Virus record (IMG/VR): IMGVR_UViG_3300050336_000030
Length of the DNA stretch: 64,000 bases
From: a virus
Lineage: Duplodnaviria; Caudoviricetes
Direction: 5' to 3' (one strand)
The notes below the pieces were generated by a model. The model saw only the letters and a program-made list of their open reading frames with translations. It had not been told where the DNA came from and ran no database searches. The position numbers were made by a program, and so were the translations under genes. Within the stretch, counting starts at the first letter, position 1; the number at the start of each line of letters is the position of its first letter. Shown piece after piece: positions 21,308-32,300 of this stretch.

Positions 21308-24300
21308 TGTACGAAACTTTGATTAAAATGATAATTCCAAAATTAAAATTTAAATTTCCTTATTCATTTGATGATTATTGCAATAACTTATATTTTGAAG
21401 ATTATCATTGCCATAAGGCATTTTCAAATGTATATACTGCTGATAGTGGAGAATTAGTAAGTGCTTATGTTGACAGAATAAAAGAGTTAAATGCTAAATG
21501 TTTATTCTCAGGGGAGCATGGATCACAAGGCAATCAATTCGAAATTTATACTATAGCAGAAAAGGAAAAATTAAAATATAGACATTCAACCGAAGCATAT
21601 TGGGTAAAAAATAGACATGAAAAAGATAAAACAAATTGTCATATGGTTATAGTCGCAAAGAATAAACAGGGAAGAGAAGATATTAATTATGTTTTATCAA
21701 TGGCAAATATTGATGGTTATTATTATAGACCAAGAATTGATTTAAATTTATTATTTGATATACCTAAAGACAACGTAATTGTGACATCTGCTTGTATTGC
21801 CGGATGGGGTTATAAAGACGCAGACGATATTTGGATTAAAATACATAATTATTTTGGAAATAATTTTTTCTTTGAGTTACAAGCAAATAATACGCCAAAG
21901 CAGATTGAGCTAAATAAGTATATTCTAGAACTATCTGAAAAATACAATATACAAATTATTGCGGGATTGGATAGTCATTATATTAGCGATTCTGGAAATA
22001 TAAAACGAGAACAAATTTTAAAATATAAAAAAGTTTCATATCCAGAAGAAGAAGGATGGTATATGGACTATCCAGATGTTCATACTTTGATACATAGATT
22101 TAAAGAACAGGGAGTATTAAATGAAGAACAAATTTTAACATCAATTATGAATACAAATGTATTTGTGGAAGAATGTGAAGAAATTGTTCTTGATAAATCA
22201 TTCAAAATTCCAAATATTTATAAAGGAAAATCATATGATGAGAGAGTAAAAATATACCATAAAATTTTAAATGAAAATTATGCTAAAGAAAGTCTTAAAT
22301 CAAAAGCAAAGGCTGATGGAATAAGATATGAAGCAAATGAAGTTACTGAGTCTGGAGTAGTTGATTATTTTTTAGATAATTATAAGCTTGTTGATTTGGC
22401 TGTAAATAAATATGGTGGAATACTAACTACTACTTCAAGAGGAAGTGCTGCATCTTTTGTAACAAATAGATTATTAGGCTTTACAACTGTCGATAGATTT
22501 AATTCAGATATACCAATTTATCCTGAAAGATTTTTAACGAAAGAAAGAGTTATGGCTGGTCAAATGCCAGATATCGATTTAAATGTTGCCACTCAGGAAC
22601 CGTTTGAAAAAGCAGGAAAGGAGTTATTTGGTGAAAATGGATGTTATCCATTAATGGCAGTCGGAGTTCTGAAAGAGAAATCAGCATGGGCATTATATGC
22701 CGGAGCAAACGGAGTATCTTCGCAAGATTCTTTAAAGATTTCAAAATATCTTGATGAATACAATAAAGCACTTAAATATGCTGAAGAAGATGAAAAAGAA
22801 TTTATTCAAGCAGAAGATTTTATTCCTGATGAATATATAGAGCTATATAATAAGAGTAAAGAATATCAGAGCATAACTATTAATTTAACAAAACATGCTT
22901 GTGGGTATATTCTTTTAGATGGAGATATCAGAAGAGAAATTGGATTAATTAGTGCAATTTCTGAAACAACAGGAGAAAGAACTCTCGTAGCTTGTGTTGA
23001 GGGTAAATATCTTGATGATTTTGGATATGTAAAAGATGATTTTCTTATAGTTGATAGCGTACATTTAACATACAAACTTTTTAAAAGTATTGGAATGGAT
23101 GTTCCTAGTTTCGAAGAATTAAAAACAATGATTGCGAATGATAAAAAGACTTGGGAAATTTATGAAAAAGGAATTACTTGTTGTGTTAACCAGTGTGAAC
23201 AGCCAAAAACAATATATAAAGTTATGAAATATAAGCCTAAATCCTTGGCTGAGCTATCGGCATTTATAGCTGCTATTCGGCCAGGTTTTGCATCTTCATT
23301 AAAAACATTTTTGGGTAGAGAATCATATTCTACAGGAGAAAAATTAATAGATGAATTATTAAAAGATACTTCTCATTTTATGTTATATCAAGAATCTATA
23401 ATGAAAGTATTGTCGTTTCTTGATATGAAAATGAATGATACATATGGCGTTATCAAAGCAATCTCTAAAAAAAAATATAAAGATCATCCAGAAAAACTTG
23501 CAGAGTTAAAAGAAGGATTATTGGAAGCGTGGAAAACAAAGATATCTAATATTAATAATTTTGAGACAGTATGGAAGATTATTGAAGATTCAGCATTCTA
23601 TGCTTTTAATTCTCCACATGCGTATAGTATGGGAGGAGATAGTGCTTATCAAGCATGGTTTAAAGCTAATTATACTATGATTTTTTATGAAGTAGCAATT
23701 AATCATTATCAAGAAAAAGAAAAGAAAAATAAAATTGATGCACTTATTAAAGAATGTATAAAATTTTATGGGTTAAAATTAGGTGGATATAAGTTTGGAA
23801 AAGATAATAGAAAAGTTACCATAGATAATGAAGAAATGACTATATATCCTAATTTATCAAGTGTAAAAAATTTTGGAGAAAAAGTTGTCACTGAACTTTA
23901 TGAAATAGGTAAAAGAAAATATGATAATTTTATTGAAATATTAAAAGTAATATCAGAAACATCAATAAATAGTTCAAGAGTTGAAGATTTAATTAAAATA
24001 GGATATTTTAGTGAATTTGGAGACGTTAATAAGCTTCTGACTATAAAGAAATATTATGAATTAATTTATAATGCAAAAGTATTAAAAAAAGACAAAATTA
24101 AAGAGAATAGTTTGAACGAATCTATAATTGCTAAATATGGCCATGAAACAGCTTCTCAATATAATCAATTAGATAATGTTAAAATATTAAATGAGTTAAT
24201 ATATAATATTGAATATAAACCATTATCTATTAAAGAGAAATTAGATATTGAAAAAGATATTCTAGGAATAATAACAACGAAAGATTCATCTATCAGTAAG

Positions 24301-24618
24301 AGAATATATTACGTATCAGAATTAGAAGTTTTGAAATCTATTGTTAATGTAAAACTATATGAAATATATAGCGGTATAACAAGAGAAGTTAAAATGTGGA
24401 CTAATGCATATAACAGAAAACCATTCAATGAAAAAGATGTTTTACATATATCAGTATTAGAAAAGAAAAATAAAAAAGAGCCGACGGGAGAAATTGATGA
24501 TAAGACTGGAAAGAAAATATACATGGATGTTCCAGATAAATTTGAATTTTGGCTCTCAAAGTATTTCATAAAACAAAATATAGAGGAGAATAATAATGAA
24601 ACATTATTATACAGATAA
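21307..24618 (+). CDS. dnaE: DNA polymerase III alpha subunit (PHP + Pol III)
   Basis: HCH...EHG PHP domain; SRGSAAS; PDIDLN; YAFNSPHA. Confidence 0.92.
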   Translation: MYETLIKMIIPKLKFKFPYSFDDYCNNLYFEDYHCHKAFSNVYTADSGELVSAYVDRIKELNAKCLFSGEHGSQGNQFEIYTIAEKEKLKYRHSTEAYWVKNRHEKDKTNCHMVIVAKNKQGREDINYVLSMANIDGYYYRPRIDLNLLFDIPKDNVIVTSACIAGWGYKDADDIWIKIHNYFGNNFFFELQANNTPKQIELNKYILELSEKYNIQIIAGLDSHYISDSGNIKREQILKYKKVSYPEEEGWYMDYPDVHTLIHRFKEQGVLNEEQILTSIMNTNVFVEECEEIVLDKSFKIPNIYKGKSYDERVKIYHKILNENYAKESLKSKAKADGIRYEANEVTESGVVDYFLDNYKLVDLAVNKYGGILTTTSRGSAASFVTNRLLGFTTVDRFNSDIPIYPERFLTKERVMAGQMPDIDLNVATQEPFEKAGKELFGENGCYPLMAVGVLKEKSAWALYAGANGVSSQDSLKISKYLDEYNKALKYAEEDEKEFIQAEDFIPDEYIELYNKSKEYQSITINLTKHACGYILLDGDIRREIGLISAISETTGERTLVACVEGKYLDDFGYVKDDFLIVDSVHLTYKLFKSIGMDVPSFEELKTMIANDKKTWEIYEKGITCCVNQCEQPKTIYKVMKYKPKSLAELSAFIAAIRPGFASSLKTFLGRESYSTGEKLIDELLKDTSHFMLYQESIMKVLSFLDMKMNDTYGVIKAISKKKYKDHPEKLAELKEGLLEAWKTKISNINNFETVWKIIEDSAFYAFNSPHAYSMGGDSAYQAWFKANYTMIFYEVAINHYQEKEKKNKIDALIKECIKFYGLKLGGYKFGKDNRKVTIDNEEMTIYPNLSSVKNFGEKVVTELYEIGKRKYDNFIEILKVISETSINSSRVEDLIKIGYFSEFGDVNKLLTIKKYYELIYNAKVLKKDKIKENSLNESIIAKYGHETASQYNQLDNVKILNELIYNIEYKPLSIKEKLDIEKDILGIITTKDSSISKRIYYVSELEVLKSIVNVKLYEIYSGITREVKMWTNAYNRKPFNEKDVLHISVLEKKNKKEPTGEIDDKTGKKIYMDVPDKFEFWLSKYFIKQNIEENNNETLLYR

Positions 24619-25126
24619 AAAATATAAAGATCTTATTTCACATATGGTTATACTACATGATTCACGTGAACAAACCTCAAATCACATACTAGAATATTTT
24701 GACAAACATAATATTAAACATGAAAAAAGAGCATTAAAAACAGGGGATTATTCATTTAAAATTGAGGCGTGTCCCGAATTGGGATACCTTATTGATACAT
24801 ATTTTACAGACGAATTGTGCATAGAACGTAAAAATGGAATTAACGAGATTGCTGGCAATATATCCGAAAAAGATGATAGGTTTTTAAAAGAAATAAATCG
24901 CATGATTAATATTCAAGATTGCTATATACTTATTGAAGATGACCGAATAGATGGTATAATAGAACATAATTATGATACAAAACTAAATGAACTATCGTTG
25001 TTGCGAACATTATTAACTATCCAGAAGAGAAGTAATTTTTATCCTAACTTTGTTAAAAAAGAAAACATGGGAAAAATGATTTATGAAATATGCTTAAGTT
25101 CATTAAACAGTAAAATATTAAAATAA
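24596..25126 (+). CDS. ERCC4-domain nuclease
   Basis: DSREQ...L.TGDY...IERK...RF..E..R. Confidence 0.85.
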   Translation: MKHYYTDKKYKDLISHMVILHDSREQTSNHILEYFDKHNIKHEKRALKTGDYSFKIEACPELGYLIDTYFTDELCIERKNGINEIAGNISEKDDRFLKEINRMINIQDCYILIEDDRIDGIIEHNYDTKLNELSLLRTLLTIQKRSNFYPNFVKKENMGKMIYEICLSSLNSKILK

Positions 25127-25254
25127 GTGATAGTTTTATGAAACGATAGTTGACATCATGAAAAATCTGTGCTATTATTAAATCATACCAAAGAAAAGGG
25201 GTTGAAATTAATAATATCACAGATTTTTAGCACATTGTGATAGTTATATGAAAC
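25127..25254 (+). promoter_or_regulatory. promoter bracketed by operators, with an internal inverted repeat
   Basis: GTGATAGTTTTATGAAAC, then TTGACA(25150)-17-TATTAT, then GTGATAGTTATATGAAAC. Confidence 0.75.
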
Positions 25255-25306
25255 TTAATAAAAGTTAAATTCTATCTGCATATTAGTAATAAAAAAGGAG
25301 AAGATT

Positions 25307-26326
25307 ATGGATTTTAAGAAATTATTAGATACAAAAGAATATGAATTTTTGAAAACAGATGAGCATTTAGGAAATAAAATTATCTTATTGGGATTAGGGG
25401 GATCACACGCTTATGGAACCAATATTGAAGGTAGTGATGTAGATATTCGTGGCATAGCTTTAAACAGCAAATCAGATTTAATCGGAATGAGTAATTTTGA
25501 ACAGAGAGTAAATGAAGCAACCGATACTACTATTTATGCCTTTAATAAGATTATTGAATTATTACTTAATACTAATCCAAATACAATTGAGATGTTAGGA
25601 CTTAAACCGGAGCAATACTTATATATCTCACCAATTGGTCAGGAATTACTTGACAATAAAAAGCTGTTCTTATCAAAAAGATGTATTTATTCATTTGGAG
25701 GATATGCAAATCAGCAGCTTAGAAGATTGCAAAATGCTATCGCTAGAGATACATTAACACAGACTGAAAGAGAAACACATATTTTAAACACTATAAAAAA
25801 TATGATGTTTGATATTAAATCAAGATATGAACAGTTTGAAAACGGTTCAATTAAATTGTATACGGATAAGGCAATTCAAGAAGATATGGATACAGAAATA
25901 TTTATGGATATCAATTTAACTCACTATCCATTAAGAGATTATAAGAGTATCTGGTCTGAGATGAATAATGTAGTAAGAGATTATAGTAAAATTGGTAAGC
26001 GTAATAATAAGAAAGATGATTTACACCTGAATAAACACTGTATGCATTTGATCAGATTATATATGATGTGTTTAGATATTCTTGAAAAAGAAGAAATTAA
26101 TACTTATAGAGATAAAGAACATGATTTACTTATGAATATTCGCAATGGTGAATATATGCATGAAAACGGAACTATGAGACAAGAGTTTTGGGATTTATTA
26201 AATGAATATGAAAAAAGATTTGAGTACGCAAAAGAAAACACAAATCTTCCTGCTAATCCAGATTACAAGAAAGTGGAAGAATTTGTGATTAGCGTAAATG
26301 AGAGGGTGGTAAGAGGTGAATATTAG
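25307..26326 (+). CDS. Pol-beta-superfamily nucleotidyltransferase (YcgL/RlaP-like)
   Basis: GGSHAYGTN...SDVDIRG; NPN.IE.L; K...HLIRL. Confidence 0.85.
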   Translation: MDFKKLLDTKEYEFLKTDEHLGNKIILLGLGGSHAYGTNIEGSDVDIRGIALNSKSDLIGMSNFEQRVNEATDTTIYAFNKIIELLLNTNPNTIEMLGLKPEQYLYISPIGQELLDNKKLFLSKRCIYSFGGYANQQLRRLQNAIARDTLTQTERETHILNTIKNMMFDIKSRYEQFENGSIKLYTDKAIQEDMDTEIFMDINLTHYPLRDYKSIWSEMNNVVRDYSKIGKRNNKKDDLHLNKHCMHLIRLYMMCLDILEKEEINTYRDKEHDLLMNIRNGEYMHENGTMRQEFWDLLNEYEKRFEYAKENTNLPANPDYKKVEEFVISVNERVVRGEY

Positions 26327-27659
26327 ATTTAATTTACCTATAGAGGTAGAAGAGATATTACGACTACTTAATAAAAACGGATATGAAGCGTATATCGTAG
26401 GAGGTTGTGTAAGAGATAAAATATTAGGCAGAACTCCTCATGACTATGATATCTGCACATCTGCCAAACCAGAAGAGGTTATTAATGTGTTTGAGTATTT
26501 TAAAGTAATTGAAACTGGATTAAAACATGGGACAGTAACAGTAATGATTAATAATGAGCCATTTGAAATCACTACATACAGGATTGATGGTAAATATTCA
26601 GATAATCGTAGACCAGATAGTGTAGATTTTACATTGAATTTAGAAGATGATTTATCACGTAGAGATTTTACGATTAATGCAATGGCTTATAGTAAAGAAA
26701 AAGGATTGATTGATCCGTTTCATGGAATGTACGATATTCAAAACAAAGTAATTAGGTGTGTAGGTACTCCTGAATATAGATTCCAAGAAGATGCATTGAG
26801 AATATTAAGAGCAATGAGATTTTCAATTCAGTTAGGATTTAAAATTGCAAGATCAACATTTGAAGCAATGATTGATAACAAGAATCTAATATCTAATGTT
26901 TCTTATGAAAGAATTAATGCGGAGTTAATGAAAATGCTTGAATTCCGTAAGCCAATATTAGAACATTTCAATGGTTGCAGAGATATTATAGCTGAATTTA
27001 TTCCTGAATTTGTTCAGTGTTTCGATTTTAAGCAGAATAATCCATATCACTTATATGATGTTTATAATCATATTTTACACGCCGTAGATAACTATATTGG
27101 CGATGATATGAAAATAAAACTGTCATTGTTGTTACATGATATAGGTAAACCGGATTGCTATTCAGAAGATGAAAACGGTGGACATTTTATAGGACATGGA
27201 ATTGTAAGTTCCGATAAAGCAAAAGAAATATTAATAAGATTGAAGTTTGATAACGATACTATAAAATCTGTTACAGAATTAGTGTTATATCATGACTCTA
27301 CTATCGAACCAACAAATAAAACAATTAAGAGATGGTTGAATAAAATTGGTGAAGAACAATTTAGAAGACTAATAGAAATTAAAATGGCAGACATGACAGC
27401 ACATTCAAATACTGGTTTAGACGTTAGATTAGAAAAACATAAACAATTATGTGAAATACTAGAAAGCGTTTTATTAGAAGAACAATGTTTTTCCATGAAG
27501 GATTTAAAAGTAAATGGAAAAGATTTATTGAATATAGGATACAAAGAAGGAAGACAATTGGGTGCTGCGTTACAAGGATTGCTAGATTGTGTGATTGCAA
27601 ATGAAGTAGAAAACGACAAAGAAAAATTGTTGATATTGGCGAAAGGATGGATTAAATAA
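26316..27659 (+). CDS. cca: CCA tRNA nucleotidyltransferase with HD domain
   Basis: VGGCVRD, DYD, RRDFTINAMA, EDALRILRA.RF, ERI..E, LLHDIGKP. Confidence 0.9.
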   Translation: MNIRFNLPIEVEEILRLLNKNGYEAYIVGGCVRDKILGRTPHDYDICTSAKPEEVINVFEYFKVIETGLKHGTVTVMINNEPFEITTYRIDGKYSDNRRPDSVDFTLNLEDDLSRRDFTINAMAYSKEKGLIDPFHGMYDIQNKVIRCVGTPEYRFQEDALRILRAMRFSIQLGFKIARSTFEAMIDNKNLISNVSYERINAELMKMLEFRKPILEHFNGCRDIIAEFIPEFVQCFDFKQNNPYHLYDVYNHILHAVDNYIGDDMKIKLSLLLHDIGKPDCYSEDENGGHFIGHGIVSSDKAKEILIRLKFDNDTIKSVTELVLYHDSTIEPTNKTIKRWLNKIGEEQFRRLIEIKMADMTAHSNTGLDVRLEKHKQLCEILESVLLEEQCFSMKDLKVNGKDLLNIGYKEGRQLGAALQGLLDCVIANEVENDKEKLLILAKGWIK

Positions 27660-28549
27660 TGAAGTGTTTCTATCATGGAGATAAAGACGGAGAATGTGCT
27701 GGATTTTGGGTTTATTTAAGTGCTGGTTTATATGATGGATATGAAACTGATAGTAAGTTTATAAGAATAAATTATGGTATGGATTTTCCGTTTGATGATA
27801 TTAGAGAGAATGAACAGGTTTATATCGTTGATTATTCAATTTCTCCAGACGAAATGAGAAAGCTGCTTGCAATAACAAAAGATGTAACTTGGATAGATCA
27901 TCATAAGACAGCAATAGCAAAGTATAAAGATTTTGAATATGATTTGCGTGGAGTTAGATATGATGGTGTAGCCGGATGTATGCTCACATACTGTTATTTA
28001 CACCACATGACAGAAAGAGGTCAAGGAGAAATTAAACCTTTTGATTTATCAATGACGAAAGATGCACCAATGTTTACAAAATTACTGGCAGATTATGATG
28101 TTTGGACTTTTGAATACGGTGATGATACAAGATATTTTCAAACTGGTGTAAATTCTTATGATTTTGAACCTGAAAATAAAAGATGGTACGATTTGTTAGA
28201 CGATGGATCGGAACAGACATACATCGAAGAAGGTAAAATCATGATTAAATTCAGAGATAATTGGGCAAAAGATTATTGCGAATGTAAAGGATTTCAAACA
28301 GAATTTGAAGGACATAAATGTTATGCTATGAATTTGGGTTTGTGTAGTAGCGAATATTTTAAATCTATTGATGATGGTACTTACGAAATATTAATTGCTT
28401 TTTCTTATAACGGTAAAAGTTGGTCGGTAAGTTTATATTCAAAAACGGTTGATGTATCTGATATTGCTAAAAAGTATGGCGGTGGAGGACATAGAGGAGC
28501 TGCCGGATTTAATAGTGATGAGTTATTATTTCAAAAAGACGGTCAATAA
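27659..28549 (+). CDS. DHH/DHHA1 phosphoesterase
   Basis: YH.D.DG, VD, IDHH, GGGGH.GAAGF. Confidence 0.85.
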   Translation: MKCFYHGDKDGECAGFWVYLSAGLYDGYETDSKFIRINYGMDFPFDDIRENEQVYIVDYSISPDEMRKLLAITKDVTWIDHHKTAIAKYKDFEYDLRGVRYDGVAGCMLTYCYLHHMTERGQGEIKPFDLSMTKDAPMFTKLLADYDVWTFEYGDDTRYFQTGVNSYDFEPENKRWYDLLDDGSEQTYIEEGKIMIKFRDNWAKDYCECKGFQTEFEGHKCYAMNLGLCSSEYFKSIDDGTYEILIAFSYNGKSWSVSLYSKTVDVSDIAKKYGGGGHRGAAGFNSDELLFQKDGQ

Positions 28550-28551
28550 GT

Positions 28552-28597
28552 ATACAACATATAGTAATTGATATTATAAAGATACTATATATTGATT
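28552..28597. promoter_or_regulatory. tandem NrdR-like boxes (pair 1)
   Basis: ATACAACATATAGTAA and ATACTATATATTGATT, 30 bp apart. Confidence 0.55.
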
Positions 28598-28645
28598 GAA
28601 AATGCACATAAAACACTGTTTTTATGCGGTTAGAAAGGAGATAAA

Positions 28646-29239
28646 ATGACTGATAAAGAAAGAATGGAAGAGATTAAATCAGATTGGTTTTCAAAACACA
28701 AAGCTACTTATCAAAAGTTAAGTGATGAAACATCGGTACTTACATGGAAAGAAGACGGGACATCGATGTATCATGTTAGATACGTATTCGACAGAAATAG
28801 ATTATTTATAACAGGAGATATAGGAGATGCGGTATTTGTACTTACTGAGAAAGCTAACTTCAAAACCATAGCTTCTGAATATAGTATGCATTATTTATTT
28901 GGAAAACTTAGAGCAGATAATGAAGCATATGACTTTGATAGTGAGAAAGCTATTGAAACACTTAAAGATCATTTTAAAGATTATGAATTTGATAATGACG
29001 AAGACAAAAAAGAGTTTAATGAAATGGCAGAAGAAATTTATTCGTGCATACGAGAGGAATGTAACACAGAAAATCAATGGGCTACTGCTCTAAATTGTGA
29101 TTATTACGATAAATTAACTGAATACGACGTGGATTGTTGGGAGTGGATTTATGCTATTGGCAAAGAGTTAAGCTGGCAAGCATTAGGTTGGGTAGTTGGA
29201 TTGCAGATGGCTTATAAACAGTTAAAAGATTCACTATAG
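28646..29239 (+). CDS. conserved phage hypothetical protein
   Basis: W...GT..Y.V.Y......L.ITGD.G.AV. Confidence 0.75.
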   Translation: MTDKERMEEIKSDWFSKHKATYQKLSDETSVLTWKEDGTSMYHVRYVFDRNRLFITGDIGDAVFVLTEKANFKTIASEYSMHYLFGKLRADNEAYDFDSEKAIETLKDHFKDYEFDNDEDKKEFNEMAEEIYSCIREECNTENQWATALNCDYYDKLTEYDVDCWEWIYAIGKELSWQALGWVVGLQMAYKQLKDSL

Positions 29240-29265
29240 AAAGATTTAAGAAAGAAGGTAATAAT

Positions 29266-29520
29266 ATTTTTACTACATATAATGATGAGTATGTTTTTAT
29301 AAAAAATGAAGATATTGAAAAATGTACATTTAAAGATAGTAGAGTATTAGCAACAAAGGTAACTGTTGGATGTAAAGCAATTTGTGATAAAACTATCTTA
29401 GATGAATTACTTATTAACGATTTGATTAAAGATAATTTCTCTCTAAACATAGCAAAAGAAGATAATTATTATTCGGTTTATTTTGGAGAGAAAAAGGATT
29501 ATGATGTGAAATGGTTTTAA
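29266..29520 (+). CDS. hypothetical protein with putative ATT start (absent from ORF track)
   Basis: 84-codon open frame fills the gap; GAAGGT 6 nt before ATT. Confidence 0.5.
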   Translation: MFTTYNDEYVFIKNEDIEKCTFKDSRVLATKVTVGCKAICDKTILDELLINDLIKDNFSLNIAKEDNYYSVYFGEKKDYDVKWF

Positions 29521-29568
29521 AAATGTAAATGGAAAGAATATTTGGAGTGGTTTTAGAAAGGAGTATAG

Positions 29569-29808
29569 ATGAATGAAACGGGATTATTGGATTGCTATGG
29601 TAATATGATACACGTTGGCGACATCTTGCTGAATCCAATGATGTGTGACTTATGGAAAGTGGAAGAAGATGAACATGGTGAGTTTACTGCAAATCTAATT
29701 CCTAATAGTGGTTATGTTGGTCATCCTGAGAGTGCTAAATATCCATTGTGTGTCGAGGATTTAGATATGATAAACAACGTATTTGAAATTTATAAAGAAG
29801 ATAAATAA
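29569..29808 (+). CDS. YopX-like fragment / hypothetical protein
   Basis: TGL.D..G..I..GDIL. Confidence 0.6.
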   Translation: MNETGLLDCYGNMIHVGDILLNPMMCDLWKVEEDEHGEFTANLIPNSGYVGHPESAKYPLCVEDLDMINNVFEIYKEDK

Positions 29809-29843
29809 CGTATTATATTATGAGATCTAGGGGGATTGATGCA

Positions 29844-30050
29844 ATGAAAGAACAAAAATTATATGTATGTGATTATTGTGGAACACAATATAAAGATAAA
29901 GATGAATGTAAAAAATGTGAGCAAGGGCACAATACACCAAAAGAAATAACTGGTGCGAATTATATATCTTTAAAAAGTAACGGAAGTGGGTATCCTACAC
30001 AAATTCACATTAAAATGAGCAACGGAGAAACAATCACATATAAGAGATAA
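29844..30050 (+). CDS. Zn-binding hypothetical protein
   Basis: YVCDYCG..Y.....C..CE..H. Confidence 0.65.
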   Translation: MKEQKLYVCDYCGTQYKDKDECKKCEQGHNTPKEITGANYISLKSNGSGYPTQIHIKMSNGETITYKR

Positions 30051-30089
30051 ATTGTTAACAGAATCGGTCTTTTATATAGAAAGGAAAAT

Positions 30090-30566
30090 ATGAGAGTAGA
30101 ACAAAAACCAAATTATGAGTTAATCATTAAAACTAATAAATATACTGGAAACTTTGAGAGAGAATTAATTAGTTATTCTCTAGGTACTCTGGATAATGTA
30201 CAAATGGAACTAGGAGATTTCCATGGAGATTATGAAATGGATCTTTTTTGGGAAGAGGAATTTAACACCACCAGAAAAGATTACTATGATGACTATGAAT
30301 TAAAAGATGAATATCTTTTTGAAACGTACCAAGATGTAGATGATTGGGAGCAAATGACTTTTTATCATATAGTTGATGGGAATTCTTTGGCGGTGCAACT
30401 TATTAAACCCTTAAATGAATATTGGGAAGAAATAGTGGTTAGAAGAATTAAAAAGTTCTTTGATGTTCATCCGTGTAAATATACTTGGACACTTCCAGAA
30501 GACGGAATTTTGATAGAATTATATTTAATTGATAAAAATGGAAATGTAATTAAAAAATATATTTAG
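30090..30566 (+). CDS. hypothetical protein
   Basis: ORF between sites 30058 and 30570. Confidence 0.7.
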   Translation: MRVEQKPNYELIIKTNKYTGNFERELISYSLGTLDNVQMELGDFHGDYEMDLFWEEEFNTTRKDYYDDYELKDEYLFETYQDVDDWEQMTFYHIVDGNSLAVQLIKPLNEYWEEIVVRRIKKFFDVHPCKYTWTLPEDGILIELYLIDKNGNVIKKYI

Positions 30567-31092
30567 CAAACCAAATTGTGAATTCATTTTGAAAGGAGGC
30601 AGAAAATGAAAAAATACGAATGTGTTAATGATTTAAATGTAGACTCGGATAAAGATGGTTTAACTTATGTATGCGGAGCGAAATACACAAGTGATAGTTG
30701 CATAATCAGAAAAGAGGGATATTGTGATTTCGGTTATTTTGATAAAAATACAAACACAATACGTTGTAGTAGTATAGATTATTTGAAAAAAGTATAAAAT
30801 CAATCATTTATATTGAAAAGAGGATATATGTTTAAAGCAAAGTTTAAATCAGGAGTATCAGAATCAGTATTATATTTTTATGATTGGATGGTCGAAATTG
30901 AAATATATGATACAAAGATAATTGACAATAGTACATTTTTCTTAGTAAAGCCTTTATATGTTATTAAAAATAAAAAGTGGATATGGTTAAACAGTAATTT
31001 ATTTATTTGATAGGCTGCATTTAGTGCTTAGTGAACTCTAGGTATTAGGCGTAGATTGAAGATAAATATAACATAAAGAAAAGGAGTCTATA

Positions 31093-31377
31093 ATGAAATT
31101 TCTAAATTTATGGAATAGGATAGGAAAACAACCAATAAAAGATACAAAGAAATTAGATGTGGTGGTAGAAACAGAAGATGGAAGATATATAGTCACAAAA
31201 ATCAATTACTTAAATGGCAAATTGTATAGCTTACAGGCAGAACGAATTACATGTAATAACTGTAAAAATTCACCTCAAAATAACAATGGATATTGTCCTC
31301 CACATACCTGTGATATATGCACATCGTTGGATGAGGAAGAGGAGTTTGGAATGTGGAACTTTAAACAAAATAAATAA
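31093..31377 (+). CDS. Cys-rich hypothetical protein
   Basis: ORF with RBS, ending at site 31374. Confidence 0.65.
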   Translation: MKFLNLWNRIGKQPIKDTKKLDVVVETEDGRYIVTKINYLNGKLYSLQAERITCNNCKNSPQNNNGYCPPHTCDICTSLDEEEEFGMWNFKQNK

Positions 31378-31955
31378 AACAGTTGATTTATAAAGAAAGG
31401 AGATAATTATGGGATTAGATATAGTTAGTATTTTTAATCCACCCAAAGTAAAAGGGTTTGATTACGAAAACATTGAAAGGGATATTATGCAGTGGAAAAC
31501 TGATATTGAAGAAATGTTAAAAGTTAATAAATACGACATGAATAATTTATGTGTCAACGAGGTATTAGGAACTGTGATTTGTTTAATGCAAGATAATACA
31601 ATATATGAATAATAAAAGGTCTTATGATTACTTTGAAAGTGAGGAAGTTATATGGGAAAGAAAGATATGTCTAAAACCTGCGGATTTAAGGATGCTGAAA
31701 TGGATTATATGGCAGGAAAAGAAATTACATATGAAGAAACAGAAAAATGGTACGACGAAAATTGCAGACAGTGTATATGGGCTAGTGATATTTGTATGTT
31801 TGGAGAAGAATAAATGAAAAAATGTAAATATTCAAATAGTAAATGTACGGATTGTAAATTATGTGAACCAGAAATCGAATTAAATGAAGAACAAATGATA
31901 GTTATATTAAACATTATTGAAAGTGAAGAAAATAAAAAAAGAAAGGATAACATAG

Positions 31956-32170
31956 ATGAACCATAAAAGCTTTATTGATAAGAAGAAAGAAACAGAAGAA
32001 ATAATCGTATGTCTTATTGTAATGGGTTGGGATATGAGGTTGAAGAAAAGAGAATTAACTGGAATGAAACTGACTACATAAGAAAACAATGTTATTTATG
32101 TAAAGGAAAAAGAGTAGTTAATAAAAAGATAACTACTGAATATCTAGAAGTTACGGATATAGATAATTAA
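31956..32170 (+). pseudogene. DnaJ-type Zn-finger small protein with a 1-bp deletion near 32013
   Basis: Joining the frames gives VC[x]YCNGLG...CYLCKGK. Confidence 0.45.
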
Positions 32171-32300
32171 CCAAATTCTGAATATTTTAATAGAATGCAA
32201 AATTGATAAATAAAAGAATATATGAAACAATAAAAAGCGGTTGCAAACGCTTAAAAAATGGAATGCGCATTCCTCTTATATGAAGATAGGAGGAAAAAAA

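Noticed and set aside
29230-31630. Possible dyad sites near 29222, 29529, 31007 and 31612
   Set aside because: Two or more mismatches or wrong spacing; not distinguishable from AT-rich background
31605-31817. ORF track call MNNKRS...
   Set aside because: An alternative frame 31652-31813 (MGKKD..., Cys-containing) has a proper RBS and abuts the next ATG
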